Positions 26,553 through 39,237 are shown, numbered from the stretch's first letter. The stretch is DNA of 64,000 nt from Octopus bimaculoides (GCF_001194135.2 NC_068997.1:14632569-14696568); one strand, 5' to 3'. The notes: generated by a model not told the origin, from the letters alone. Made by a program: numbers and translations.

Positions 26553-26750
26553 TGGTACTCTTTTACTCTTTCAGTCATTGAACTGCAAATATGCTGGAGC
26601 ACTCTCTTTTAGAGTTAGCTGAATAAATCTTTACCAGTATTTATTTCAATTCTGGCACCTGTTCTATCATTCATTTTAGCTGAGCTACTAAGTTAAATGA
26701 TAGAAGTAAGCCAACATTGATTGTCGATTGTTGGGGCACAGACACAAACA
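26553..26750 (-). mobile_element. SINE family B 3' half (diverged)
   Basis: ctcttttactctttcagtcattg...tgctggagcac. Confidence 0.6.
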
Positions 26751-27057
26751 CATACAGAGTCCTGCACACCTTATACCTGAGAAAAAGACAAAATAATCAT
26801 AACTAAACTGTCTTTCATCATTGGTCTGTTTGATTAAGTTTTACCTAGAGTGAGACAACAACAACAACACCAACAACAAACCCTCTTCTTAATTAGAGTT
26901 TTTAATCAATATTAAAACATATTGCTACACATATATAAGTTCGAAATTGCTGTTTGTTATAATAATACTGAAAGTTATCAGATTTTTTTCACACGATGTC
27001 TAAATATTTGTTTTCAAACAAACATTTTATCGACTTATTTCATTCTCTCTCTCTATC

Positions 27058-27095
<38 letters not shown>

Positions 27096-27328
27096 CATAT
27101 GTATATTTATATATACATACATACATGCATATATNNNNNNNNNNNNNNNNNNNNNNNNNNNNNNNNNNNNNNNNNNNNNNNNNNNNNNNNNNNNNNNNNN
27201 NNNNNNNNNNNNNNNNNNNNNNNNNNNNNNNNNNNNNNNNNNNNNNNNNNNNNNNNNNNNNNNNNNNNNNNNNNNNNNNNNNNNNNNNNNNNNNNNNNNN
27301 NNNNNNNNNNNNNNNNNNNNNNNNNNNN

Positions 27329-27450
27329 CCTGTCTATCTATCTATCTATCTAGCTAACTATCTATCTATTTATCTATCTATCTAGCTAGCTATTTATCTA
27401 TCTATATATCTATGTATCTATTTGTCTATCTATCTACCTAGCTAGCTAGC

Positions 27451-27481
<31 letters not shown>

Positions 27482-27517
27482 CCATCTACCTACCTATCTA
27501 TCTATCTATCTATCAGC

Positions 27518-27554
<37 letters not shown>

Positions 27555-27560
27555 CAGTTA
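27329..27560. repeat. (TATC)n/(TAGC)n microsatellite
   Basis: Long degenerate tetranucleotide array. Confidence 0.9.
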
Positions 27561-28073
27561 GCTAGCTACTTATTATTTTGTTAATAACAATCCTCTCCAC
27601 CACCTAACAAGTTAACTTCCCATCATCATATAATTACTTGAAAAGCTCTTTTATGAGACAGAAAAATATTTTACTAATTTATGTTCTGAGATAAAACTCT
27701 CCTGCGAGTCCAAAATTAATTTCCAGAAGCTTCCAGCAAAATGCTTTGAATTAAATACTGTCTCTGAGAGACAACTATTTTGGGATTTTTGATGGTTTTT
27801 CAAAAACTGACAAACAAATTGGTTGAATACAAATTAATTTAGAAACAAGTTTCAAAATTATCTTCTCATACAGTCAACATGATGAAAAGGTTTTTGGCTA
27901 CGCACACACATATTTTGAGCTCGTTTACAGTGCAGAAATAATCAATTATGAATATATGGATAGAAACAAAACAAAATGGAAAAGAAAAAAACAACGTAAA
28001 ATAATAATAAAAATTTTTAAATATTAAAAAGACAACAACAGTGATAATAATATTATTATTATTATTATTATTG

Positions 28074-28109
<36 letters not shown>

Positions 28110-28755
28110 GTAATAATAATAATAATAATGACAATAATAACAATAATAAAAATGATAATATATAGTTGAGAAAGTGATAAAAAATAAAAACAAAGTGATT
28201 TAAATTAAGGAAAAATACCACAACACAATTTAGACTTTTAGTAATTTACCAATTTCCAATAGAGTTGTTAAATTAATTCATTTGTAGCATTTGAGATATT
28301 TTCAAAAATGAAAGGTATAACAAGGAGAAAAAAGAGAAGGAAAAAGAATTTGAAAATGCAATGACATAGAAAGAAAGAAAGAAAGAAAGAAATTAAACTT
28401 TTGGTAAGAAGTGCAATAAGAATATTATTAAAAATACCATTGTCATGACAAGACCAATTCTTGAAAACATAAGATAATAAACAATATGATTGTTGAAATA
28501 GCAGTATCACAGAACACAGCTGGCAACTCCGCAATTTGAAGTCTTCGACTCATTTTCTTCTCTCTCACATTTCAACCTTTACCAATGCTGCTTTTTTTTT
28601 CTGTTATTTTGTAAACTTTTGTGATTAAATGTTAATTTAAAGGAGAAAAAAATAATAGAAATTTAGGAAAAAAAAGACAAAAAACAACTCTTGGCTACAG
28701 TATTTTTATTTTGTTTTGAAATTTGACGAATCAACAAAAACATTCTTAATATCAG

Positions 28756-28841
28756 ATGATGGAGTCAAACAACAACGAAAAATCACAATTGATAATGTCA
28801 CTAAAGCATACATCGCTTTAAACTTTATCACCTTGCTTCCA
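28756..28841 (+). CDS. Candidate 86-nt exon (phase 1 to 0; DGVKQQRKITIDNVTKAYIALNFITLLP), unknown gene
   Basis: cattcttaatatcag acceptor, CCA|gtaaga donor, only one open frame. Confidence 0.2.
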
Positions 28842-29017
28842 GTAAGAAGTTATAGATGTAATTGATGCACTGAATAGGACATAGCTCTCATTTCTTTGCA
28901 ATATTGCATATAGAGTATATCTTATATTTTGCTTAGTGTTAAATTACAGTTCACACTCTCTCTCCCCACCTAATATATACATGTATATATGTGTGTGTGT
29001 GAGCGTATGTGTGTATA

Positions 29018-29060
<43 letters not shown>

Positions 29061-29112
29061 GAGGTATTTATGTAGACAAGCAAATTAAATATAACAGCTT
29101 GAGATTGATACA

Positions 29113-29157
<45 letters not shown>

Positions 29158-29443
29158 CGTAGTCTGGTCAATAAGTATCCGGACTGTTGCCATAGTAACA
29201 AAGCTAAAGCATGCAGAGTAAAGCCACTTGGCACAGATTGACCTTGAACTTTGTTGTGCATGTACCCTAAGTTTTAACATTCTAGCTCACGTCCATTATT
29301 TACAGCGGTTCTTGGAAGGAAGGTATATAGCATGTAATTGTTGCATTGAACATGACAAAGAAAGTCGAGCAGAGAATTTGCATCAAATTTTGTCAAAAGC
29401 TTAGCAATACCTGCTCAGAGACCTACGCAAAGTTTTCAAAAAG
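29158..29443 (+). mobile_element. Mariner element 5' end (TIR, UTR, transposase N-terminus)
   Basis: TA then cgtagtctggtcaataagtatccggac; MTKKVEQRICIKFCQKLSNTCSETYAK matches the mariner EQRxCIKFC N-terminus. Confidence 0.85.
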
Positions 29444-29670
29444 TCTCCATCATTCTAGACACAATGAAGAAGAATTTGTGCAACTGAAACCCAAGTGTAT
29501 TTTTGGTCAGCTGAAAACGGTACCCAAATCTTCAGTGATAACGGACTGAACTGAAACATAACTAATTTGTACATCCTCTGATACCTCACGGATGGTGATT
29601 CGACGATTTCCCCTCACAGCTGCATGCACAGCTGCAATGTTTTTCTCAGTTCTGCTGATTGTAGGTCTTC
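29429..29670 (-). mobile_element. Mariner transposase HTH-linker segment, inverted relative to the 5' end
   Basis: Minus strand RPTISRTEKNIAAVHAAVRGNRRITIREVSEDVQISYVSVQSVITEDLG, then FSADQKYTWVSVAQILLHCV*NDGDFLKTL. Confidence 0.85.
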
Positions 29671-29847
29671 ACAGCTTGAAGTGAGAGAATTTTATCATAC
29701 CACCAAAAACATAAAAAGGATGTTGATAAAAGACCTGGAAGCTTACCTCTACTCAACATCAGTTCTTATTCAAGTCGATTCACTTTTGGATGGATTGCTT
29801 GTACTTTGGCTTGCAGAATTCATATATTTGTTCACTTGTTTTTTATT

Positions 29848-30223
29848 ATTACCTCCGCTTTAGCGAAGGCGGAGATATTGTTTTCAGTCATGTTTGTTTG
29901 TTTGTTTGTCTTTGGACAACATATCTCAAGAACTGCTGGATGGATTCAGATGAAACTTTCTGGGATGCTTGGCCTTATGACTGGCACAAACTGATTAGAT
30001 TTTGGGATCAATCCAGTACCAGACAAGGATTCTGGATTATTTTTCCTGTTGTTTTTTTTTACTTAATTTTTGAGAGTGGTCGGGTTCATTTTTAGTATTC
30101 ATATTTGTGAGAGCAGTTGAGTTTATTTTAGATAATCTCATTTTAAAAATCATCTCCAGCTAATCATTGAGAGGATGTTGGTGTTGCCTTGGCAGAGGTT
30201 TGACATCTCTAAGAGCTCTTGTT
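29848..30223 (+). mobile_element. Helentron-associated non-autonomous element (HINE/DINE-1-like)
   Basis: 5' stem CTCCGC...GCGGAG, (TGTT)n microsatellite, 3' subterminal ggcagagg near the end, T-rich flanks; second copy at 58499-58872. Confidence 0.7.
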
Positions 30224-30659
30224 TTATTATTATTTTTTTTTTTTTTGGCATGGTTATTTTTTTCAAATGGATACACTTCTTAACTCAGACAGTTTTGCAA
30301 CAAGCTGCTTTACAGCATGGTGTGAGCATTATATATGAGTGTGTATATGTGTATGTGCATCAGTGTGTGTGTGCTTCTAAGTTTGTGAATATGTATACCG
30401 CAAGGAAAAGAACAAAATCATTGAAGCTCACAATCTCCACAATATAATTCTTGCCAAAGATCACTTAACAGTTTTCACAGACTAAGGTCTTCTCTCTGAA
30501 CTTTTCCTTCTTTCTGACAAAGAGCCATGCTCAAAACATTACTCATATTTTTCCATCCCAAACTATTCCTGAGCATCAATCAAATATATTCTCTGCGTAC
30601 ATCCAAACCAAATTTTGTTGTTTTTTATTTTTCATTTGCCTATTTTTTTATTCTTTTAT

Positions 30660-31069
30660 TCTTTTACTCTTTTATTTGTTTTACTCATTTTTGACTGCAG
30701 CCATGCTGGGGCACCACTTTTAGTTGAACAAATCGATTCCAGGGCTTATTCTTTGTAATCCTAGTACTTATTCTATCGGTCTCTTTTGTCGAACCACTAG
30801 GTTACAGGGAAGTAAACACACCAACATTCATTGCCAAGCAATGGTGGGAGGGACAAACTCAGACGCAAAGACACACACATAAATATATATATATATATAT
30901 ATATATACAATGGGCTTCTTTCAGTTTCCGTCTACTAAATCCACTCACAAGGATTTGGTCAGCTGGAGGCAATAGTAGAAGACACTTGCGCAAGGTGCCA
31001 CACAGTGGGACTGAACCCAGAACCATGTGGTTGGTAAGCAAGCTACTTACGACACAGCCACTCCTGTGC
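30660..31069 (-). mobile_element. SINE family B, full length
   Basis: Reverse-complement match from tail to acacagccactcc head. Confidence 0.9.
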
Positions 31070-31827
31070 CTATACACACACACACATACACACACGCACA
31101 CACACACACGCACACACACACGCACACACACACACACACACACGCACACATACACACACATATATATATATGCATATATATAAATAAATACAGAGAGAGA
31201 GAGAGAGATACATACACATTTCCGCATATATATTTGACATAAACATCCATGACGAGAGTTGTCATCATACTGCCAAAGATCAAATCATCTCCTCACTGCA
31301 TTTCATATTTAATTAATATTTAACTAATTAAAATATCCCGGTTGGCTCTCACTGTTTCCTTATTTGTTGATATTTTACAATATCAACATAATGCAATAAT
31401 TAATTTTTTAAAAAATACCTGTTCTCTTCCCTACAGGTGTAATTTGAATTAATTATAAATTGGTGGCTCACTTCATTAGATATGCTAATGCCCGTTTTAC
31501 AATTACATAACATGCCACAGGCATCTAAGGTTAGTTTTCCAGGATATTTTTCTCTCTTTTTCTGTCCTTCTTTCCTTTTCTTTCTCTCTCTCCCTCTCTT
31601 TCTGTCTCTGCCACTCTCACTTTCTCTCTGTTCATTCATTTAATGTCTATTTCTCTATCTTTGGATGGGTTAAATAGGAGTTCATAGGAGCATTTAAGAG
31701 CCAAATGCCCTTAACAGTTATTAAAACAAGGGATCTATTATTCCACAGATCTTCAAAATGCTTGTAACTTCAACATCCATGAACACACACACGTGTACAC
31801 ACACACACAATAGACTTACACACACAT

Positions 31828-31967
31828 TCCATCACCTAATTCCATTCGAAAATCAAAAAGCATTGGGTTGGCCCAGGGCTATAATGAAAAACATTTGCTC
31901 AAGATGACAGACTGTAAGATTGAACCTGAAACTGCATGGTTACAATGCAAAATTCTGAATCATACAG
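31828..31967 (-). mobile_element. SINE family B 5' part (highly diverged)
   Basis: ggttggcccagggctata...ttgaacctgaaactgcatggtt. Confidence 0.5.
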
Positions 31968-32037
31968 TCTGTACCCTCTTATATATAAATACATACATAT
32001 ATATAGATATATAAATATATATATATATATAATAAGT

Positions 32038-32357
32038 ACAGGTGTGGCTGTGTGGTATGAAGCTTCCCAACCACATGGTTCCAGGTTCAGTGTGGCAACT
32101 TGAGCAAGTGTCCTCTACTATAGCCTCGGGCCAACAAGAGCCTTGTGAGTGGATTTGGTAGATGGAAACTAAAAGAAGCCTGTTGTGTATATATACATAA
32201 ATGTATATATATTTATGTGTGTGTGTCTTTGTGTCTGTGTTTCCCCCACCATTGCTTGACAAAAGATGTTGATGTGTTTATGTACCCGAAACTTAGCAGT
32301 TCGGCAAAAGAGACTGATAGAATAAGGACTAGGCTTACAAAGAATAAGTCCTGGTGG
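32038..32357 (+). mobile_element. SINE family B
   Basis: ggtgtggctgtgtggt...ccaggttcagt...gagcaagtgtcc...ggcttacaaagaataagtcctgg. Confidence 0.9.
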
Positions 32358-32677
32358 TGACGACGATGACAATGGTGGCAACAATGATGATGATGACAGC
32401 AACAATGATGATGATGGTGATGGTGATGATAAAATTCTTTGTGTGAATAGTGTGAACATATTATTGGGTCTACTGAAGGACCTGAAGGCATAAAAGTCAA
32501 TGTCGATTCCACTTAGCACTTGAATCCTTTCAAAAACATCAAAACACCAATACTCACAAAGAAAAGAAAAAGACATATTTAAAACAAAACAAGCAAAAAG
32601 ATTGCAGTTCTACAGGGCTGGTGTTCTGCAACCGTTTCCATACATAGAGATCAAGAGCATATGGTGAATACCATCAA

Positions 32678-32872
32678 AAGCCGGTGAGCTGGCAAAGTCG
32701 TTAGCATGCCAGGTGAAATACTTAGCAGTATTTCATCTGTCTTTACGTTCTGAGTTCAAATTCTGCCGAGGGCGACTTTGTCTTTTATCTTTCGGAGTCG
32801 ATAAATTAAGTATCAGTTGCATACTGGAGGCGATCTAATCAACTGCCCCCCCCTCCTCAAAAATTTCTGGCC
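32678..32872 (+). mobile_element. SINE family A
   Basis: Head, B-box and core intact. Confidence 0.9.
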
Positions 32873-33448
32873 ATATATGAACATACCTACGTATATATGT
32901 ATATATACATGCATATATGGGTACAGGACATCAAAACAACAAGAAACGAGAACATAAAAACAAAAACATAGTAAACGAACTTTTTTCGAACAAAGAAAGA
33001 AACAAACAGAGAAACGAGACGTGCAACATGAAGAACATTCCTTTCATCCATTGTCCCCTGTTTTATCAACAGTTTCAAAGGTAGGGACAAGACGAGACTT
33101 CGTNNNNNNNNNNNNNNNNNNNNNNNNNNNNNNNNNNNNNNNNNNNNNNNNNNNNNNNNNNNNNNNNNNNNNNNNNNNNNNNNNNNNNNNNNNNNNNNNN
33201 NNNNNNNNNNNNNNNNNNNNNNNNNNNNNNNNNNNNNNNNNNNNNNNNNNNNNNNNNNNNNNNNNNNNNNNNNNNNNNNNNNNNNNNNNNNNNNNNNNNN
33301 NNNNNNNNNNNNNNNNNNNNNNNNNNNNNNNNNNNNNNNNNNNNNNNNNNNNNNNNNNNNNNNNNNNNNNNNNNNNNNNNNNNNNNNNNNNNNNNNNNNN
33401 NNNNNNNNNNNNNNNNNNNNNNNNNNNNNNNNNNNNNNNNNNNNNNNN

Positions 33449-33539
33449 ACACTTACCCCTCACCCAAGGTGTCACGAAGTGGAACTGAACCTGGAACCTT
33501 GTGGTTGGGAAGTAAGCTTCTTACCACACAGCCACGCCT
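33449..33539 (-). mobile_element. SINE family B head
   Basis: gaactgaacctggaacc...cttaccacacagccacgcct; remainder in gap. Confidence 0.8.
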
Positions 33540-33569
33540 AGTTAGTTTGGAAAATTGAAACAGACAGAA

Positions 33570-33666
33570 ATAGAAAGAGAAAGAGAAAAGAGAGAGAAAT
33601 ATGTTTTTTCAAGATTATTTTGAAATATTCAAAGAGAGCGATAGAGAGAGGGAGTGAGTGATAGAA

Positions 33667-33699
<33 letters not shown>

Positions 33700-33715
33700 A
33701 ATAGAGAGAAAGAGC

Positions 33716-33772
<57 letters not shown>

Positions 33773-33775
33773 TTG
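33570..33775. repeat. (GA)n microsatellite
   Basis: Long degenerate GA array. Confidence 0.95.
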
Positions 33776-35667
33776 TAGAAAGACTGACAGAGATGGAGGA
33801 TAAAAGAAAACCATTTTGGTGGTGGCTTTCAGATTTTTCTTCCAGCACCACTTCTTCCAACACCACTGAACTCCTTCAACTCACATATAATTACTTGATT
33901 AGCCTGAATCATTCCTTGGATCTTTAATCCATTCTTTCAATTAAGTGGGAATAATTTTCAATATTTGTTTTACTGTTTCAATGATTTTACTTTTAAACAT
34001 TTTTATTTCAACTTTCGTTTGTACTTGTTTCTGCGTGCGCCTATACACAAACACAAACATATATATATATATATATATATGTATGTATATGATCATCAGT
34101 GTGTGTATGCATGTGTGTGTGTGTTTATTTTCTTAAATAAATTCGATATATCTTATTGCGTGTCTGTATTAATGTTTATGCATGTACAATGCATGTGATG
34201 TATTTGTGTTTCTTTTCTTGAATGAGTTCTATATGTATTTCTATTTGTATAGTATAACTTTTTGGTTTCCATTGGGATTTTTTTTTGCATAAATATATTT
34301 ATAAATTTGCTGTTTGTTTTAATAAGGGTGAAGGTGGGTGAAAAGGAAACAGAATGGTATGTGATGGTGTTGCATAGTATTGGATGTAGGTGCTGAATGC
34401 TTCCATTTTTCCCCCCTTTGTTTCTTTATTAGTTTGTTAACAAGACTGTTTAATGAAATTATTTGATTATTATTAATTTTAAAATCTTTCTTCGTTAAAA
34501 TACACATGCGTGTGTATGTATGTATGTAGGCATATGTGTGTATGTGTGTGTGTGCATGTGTGTGTATAGAGAGAGATGGATAGATAGATATACACATCTA
34601 TATATATACATATTTATACACACGTATATATGTATATGTGTTGTGTAAATGTATATATATGTGTGTGTGTGTATATATATATATATAAATAGATAGATAT
34701 AAATATATATATATATGTATATATATAAGCATATATATATGTATATATACACACACACATATATATATATATACACAACACATATACATATATATATTTA
34801 TGTATATATATATATGTATATATACACACACACATANNNNNNNNNNNNNNNNNNNNNNNNNNNNNNNNNNNNNNNNNNNNNNNNNNNNNNNNNNNNNNNN
34901 NNNNNNNNNNNNNNNNNNNNNNNNNNNNNNNNNNNNNNNNNNNNNNNNNNNNNNNNNNNNNNNNNNNNNNNNNNNNNNNNNNNNNNNNNNNNNNNNNNNN
35001 NNNNNNNNNNNNNNNNNNNNNNNNNNNNNNNNNNNNNNNNNNNNNNNNNNNNNNNNNNNNNNNNNNNNNNNNNNNNNNNNNNNNNNNNNNNNNNNNNNNN
35101 NNNNNNNNNNNNNNNNNNNNNNNNNNNNNNNNNNNNNNNNNNNNNNNNNNNNNNNNNNNNNNNNNNNNNNNNNNNNNNNNNNNNNNNNNNNNNNNNNNNN
35201 NNNNNNNNNNNNNNNNNNNNNNNNNNNNNNNNNNNNNNNNNNNNNNNNNNNNNNNNNNNNNNNNNNNNNNNNNNNNNNNNNNNNNNNNNNNNNNNNNNNN
35301 NNNNNNNNNNNNNNNNNNNNNNNNNNNNNNNNNNNNNNNNNNNNNNNNNNNNNNNNNNNNNNNNNNNNNNNNNNNNNNNNNNNNNNNNNNNNNNNNNNNN
35401 NNNNNNNNNNNNNNNNNNNNNNNNNNNNNNNNNNNNNNNNNNNNNNNNNNNNNNNNNNNNNNNNNNNNNNNNNNNNNNNNNNNNNNNNNNNNNNNNNNNN
35501 NNNNNNNNNNNNNNNNNNNNNNNNNNNNNNNNNNNNNNNNNNNNNNNNNCATGTCATGTTTGTGTGGGTTGGATAGGTCAGAAAAGACCATAGTTGTTTT
35601 CTTAATTGATTTCTGTTTTGCTTGTTTTCATTCATTTTCCAAAAAGATTTCTTTTGTATGTTGTTGC

Positions 35668-35701
<34 letters not shown>

Positions 35702-36051
35702 AATCACTATTTCTGTTTGTGTTTCATCAAGAAGCTGGTATTAATAATTTCTGTGGAAGTGATGCAATTTCACTAGATCATTCATTATGTTCTGATATTT
35801 GACACTATTCAAAATTTCATTCAGACATGTATTCAATGAGAGCCAACTTTACAAACATAAATGGAGTTGGGTGGCGTTGAGGTATGTTGTTGCAATTTTT
35901 TTGTTGTATAACCCCAGGTCATTCCTAATCAAGCAGACCTATTTGTTTCATTCTTTTTTTTCCCCTCATTTTCTTTTGTAATCTAATTTGGATATCTTAA
36001 TATCCTTAATATAATAGTCACTCTTATATGTCAAGTTCCTTAGTAAGGTTG

Positions 36052-36099
<48 letters not shown>

Positions 36100-36115
36100 G
36101 TTATTATTATTATTA

Positions 36116-36167
<52 letters not shown>

Positions 36168-36173
36168 CATTAT
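36052..36173. repeat. (TTA)n microsatellite
   Basis: About 38 units directly upstream of a family A head. Confidence 0.95.
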
Positions 36174-36391
36174 TAAGGCAGCAAGCTGGCAGAATCATTA
36201 GCATGTCAAGCAAACTGCTTAACTTCATTTCATTTGTCTTTAGGTTTTGGGTTCAAATTCCACTGTGGTCAGCTTTGCCATTCCTCAATTCAGGGTTGAT
36301 AAAATAAGTACCAGTTAAGAACTGGGGTTAATGCAATCGATTTATCCTCTCCCTCAAAACTGCTGGCCTTGTGCCAAAATTTGAGACCAAT
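36174..36391 (+). mobile_element. SINE family A
   Basis: First of three head-to-tail copies. Confidence 0.9.
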
Positions 36392-36434
36392 ATTTATTAT
36401 TATTATTATTATTAATGTTGTTGTTGTTGTTATT

Positions 36435-36655
36435 AAAAGGTGGCGAGCTGGTAGAATTGTTAGCAAGCCGGGCGAAATGCTTAACGGTATTTCATCTGCC
36501 TTCACATTCTGAGTTCAAATTCCACCGAGGTGGACTTAGCCTTTAATCCTTTCGGAGTTGATAAATTAAGTACCAGTTATGCACTGGGGTTGATATAATT
36601 GACTTAATCCCTTTGCACAAATTTGAGGCCTTGTACTTCCAGTAGAAAGGATTAT
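36435..36655 (+). mobile_element. SINE family A
   Basis: Second copy; gagttcaaattccaccgagg...gataaattaagtaccag. Confidence 0.9.
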
Positions 36656-36687
36656 CATAATCATCATCATCATCATCACCATCATGA

Positions 36688-36731
<44 letters not shown>

Positions 36732-36757
36732 GTTGTTGTTGTTGTTGTTGTTGTTGT

Positions 36758-36888
36758 TAAGGCAGAGAGTGGGCAGAATCATTAGCCTGCTGGGCAAAAT
36801 GCTTAGTGATTATTTTAATATACTGAGTTCAAATTGTGCCTATGACAACTTTTTCTTTTATGCTTCAGGGCCAATAAAATATTGTAGC
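36758..36888 (+). mobile_element. SINE family A, truncated and diverged
   Basis: Third copy after a (CAT)n(TTA)n(TTG)n spacer. Confidence 0.75.
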
Positions 36889-36989
36889 GATATGGACATC
36901 ATCATATCACCAACTAATTTTCTACAGTATTGACTGTAAGTATCTTATTATACCAACAAGACTAGACAAGTTGTCAATGATACAGACTG

Positions 36990-37160
36990 TCATGGCACTC
37001 TGTCATTTATGACGACGAGGGTTCCAGTTGATCTGATCAAAGGAACAGCCTGCTTGTGAAATTAACCTGCAAGTAGCTGAGAACTCCACAGACACGTGTA
37101 TCCTTAATGTAGTTCGTGAGGAGATTCAGCGTGACACAGAGTGTGACAGGGCTGGGAGAG
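36990..37160 (-). mobile_element. SINE family E, 3' part
   Basis: Matches 50089-50240 (ggttccagtt..gatc..ggaacagcctgcttgtgaaattaac). Confidence 0.85.
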
Positions 37161-37216
37161 GACAGAGAGAGAGCAGGAACAGAATGGTATTTTATATTAT
37201 ATATTATTGACTGTCT

Positions 37217-37692
37217 GAAGGTGAATGGCTCAGTGGTGAAAGCAACAGGCTCACAATCATGAGGTTGTGAGTTCGATTCCTGGACTACGCTGTGTTTGGT
37301 GTTCTTGAGCAAGACACTTTAATTCACGCTGCTCCAGTTCACTCAGCTGTAGAAATGAGTTGTGATGTCACAGGTGCCAAGATGTATCATCCTTTGTCTT
37401 TCCCTTGGATAACATCGGTGGTGTGGAGAGCGGAGGCTGGTATGCATGGACGACTGCTGGTCTTCCATAAACAACCTTGCCCGGACTAATGCCTCGGAGG
37501 GGAGCTTTGTCAATGCAATCCCATGGTCAGTCATGACTGAAGAGGATCTTTACTCTTTACCCTGTGTACATGGAGAAGGGAGGCTGGTATGCATGGGCAA
37601 CTGCTGGTCTTCCATAAACAACCTTGCCCGGACTTGTGCCTCAGAGGAGAACTTTCTAGAATGTTCAGTGATTTATGACTGAAGGGGGTCCT
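37217..37692 (+). mobile_element. SINE family D (tRNA head, CORE-like domain, duplicated 3' module)
   Basis: A-box TGGCTCAGTGGT, B-box GAGTTCGATTCC; gtgttcttgagcaagacacttt...ccagttcactcagctgtagaaatg aligns loosely to the CORE-SINE core as I recall it. Confidence 0.75.
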
Positions 37693-38525
37693 TTTTAATA
37701 TTATTGACCTCAGAAAGCTAACAGCCAAAACAAACATGCAAGGCATTTGTCTGACCCTTTAGCAATTGAACCAATCAAGCCCTCCTACATAAATGTGTGT
37801 GTGTGTGTGTGTGTGTGTGTTAGCATCACTGTCAAAGAAGTGATGCGGTTTGTTTCCAATCTTCCATAAAAAAAATAAAATAAACGTTTCTAGCCATAAG
37901 AAAATATTATCTTCTTTTGCTTGGAAACAAGTGAGTGATACTGACAGTGAAGTGAGTGATACTGACAGTGAAGGTGTCTGGCTAAAGAACACCTGTCTCA
38001 CTGAATTCTTTCTGACCTGTGCATGCATGGAAAGGTGGACATTGAATGATAATGATGATAACAAAGGTGAGGATTTACAGGAAGAAAAAAAAGAAAGAAG
38101 TTTGCAAAAATACACTGATAGTTGCTCACTCACATGTGTAATAAAAAGTAATAACCAATTTAGTAATAGCGGTGGGCTAACATGAACTCATGTCCTCAAG
38201 GCAAAAATCCCATTTGAAAACCTATCAATCAATCAAGGATTTTCACAGTAAAATACTTCAATAAAACATTAAAGAAATTTCTACAATTGACATTTAAATC
38301 AAACTTTGCTTATTAGAAGGAACTCATTTAGGAATTAAACATTTCGTTTCGTTGGGGTTTTGTTGTTTGTTTTTTTAGTGATTGTCATGTATTTTAAAGA
38401 ATATTTTAAATATATGTGTGTATGGATTTCTTTCCATGCTTGTTTCTTTCAAGGTGTATATGGACGCTTGCAAATATATTTCATCTATGTATAATTGTTC
38501 ACGCATGCAAATGTTTACTTGTGTT

Positions 38526-38591
<66 letters not shown>

Positions 38592-38639
38592 TANNNNNNN
38601 NNNTAGATAGATAGATAGGTAGTTAGGTGGGTAGGTAGG

Positions 38640-38678
<39 letters not shown>

Positions 38679-39190
38679 GGAGATATGAGTTACTTTTAAT
38701 GTTGTTTGTTAATAAATTTTAGTCTAGTTTGATTAGCTGTCTGAGTATGTATATGTGTTTGTATGTGAGTTTATGTAAATTAATTTTTGCATGTATGTAT
38801 ATGCATATGTGAGATCATGTACAATTATTTTTGTGAAAACACATATATTTGTAGGCATAACTACCTACATTTTCTGTCTTGTCTTTTCCTTGTCCACCTA
38901 CCTGCTCATGCATTATCTTAGCTTTTACAAACACACTTCGCTTTTTTTTTAAGGAAACCTCATTATTATCACTTTGTCATTCATTCCATGACACATCTTA
39001 CAGTTTTATCCATTTCCTTAACATTTTACTTCTTTTTTTAATACTCTATGTTAAATCTGACTGAATGCATCACAGAAATTTATAATTGGTACCTATATAG
39101 AGCTTAGATAAATATGCTTTCACCAGTGGCAAGCATTCAGTCTTAGCTGAAATTGCACTTAGCTAGAAAAGCTGGCCATATTCAATGGAC

Positions 39191-39237
<47 letters not shown>

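Noticed and set aside
31437-31529. Strong acceptor/donor pair (ctacag...AAG|gttagt)
   Set aside because: All three frames contain stops; could only be a non-coding exon, and nothing else supports that
37217-37290. Possible tRNA genes at SINE heads (also 50385-50460 and 61347-61410)
   Set aside because: A/B boxes are present, but I could not fold a complete cloverleaf with an acceptor stem, and each head continues into repeat body
37929-37972. 21-bp tandem duplication aagtgagtgatactgacagtg
   Set aside because: Two units only; ordinary slippage, not an array
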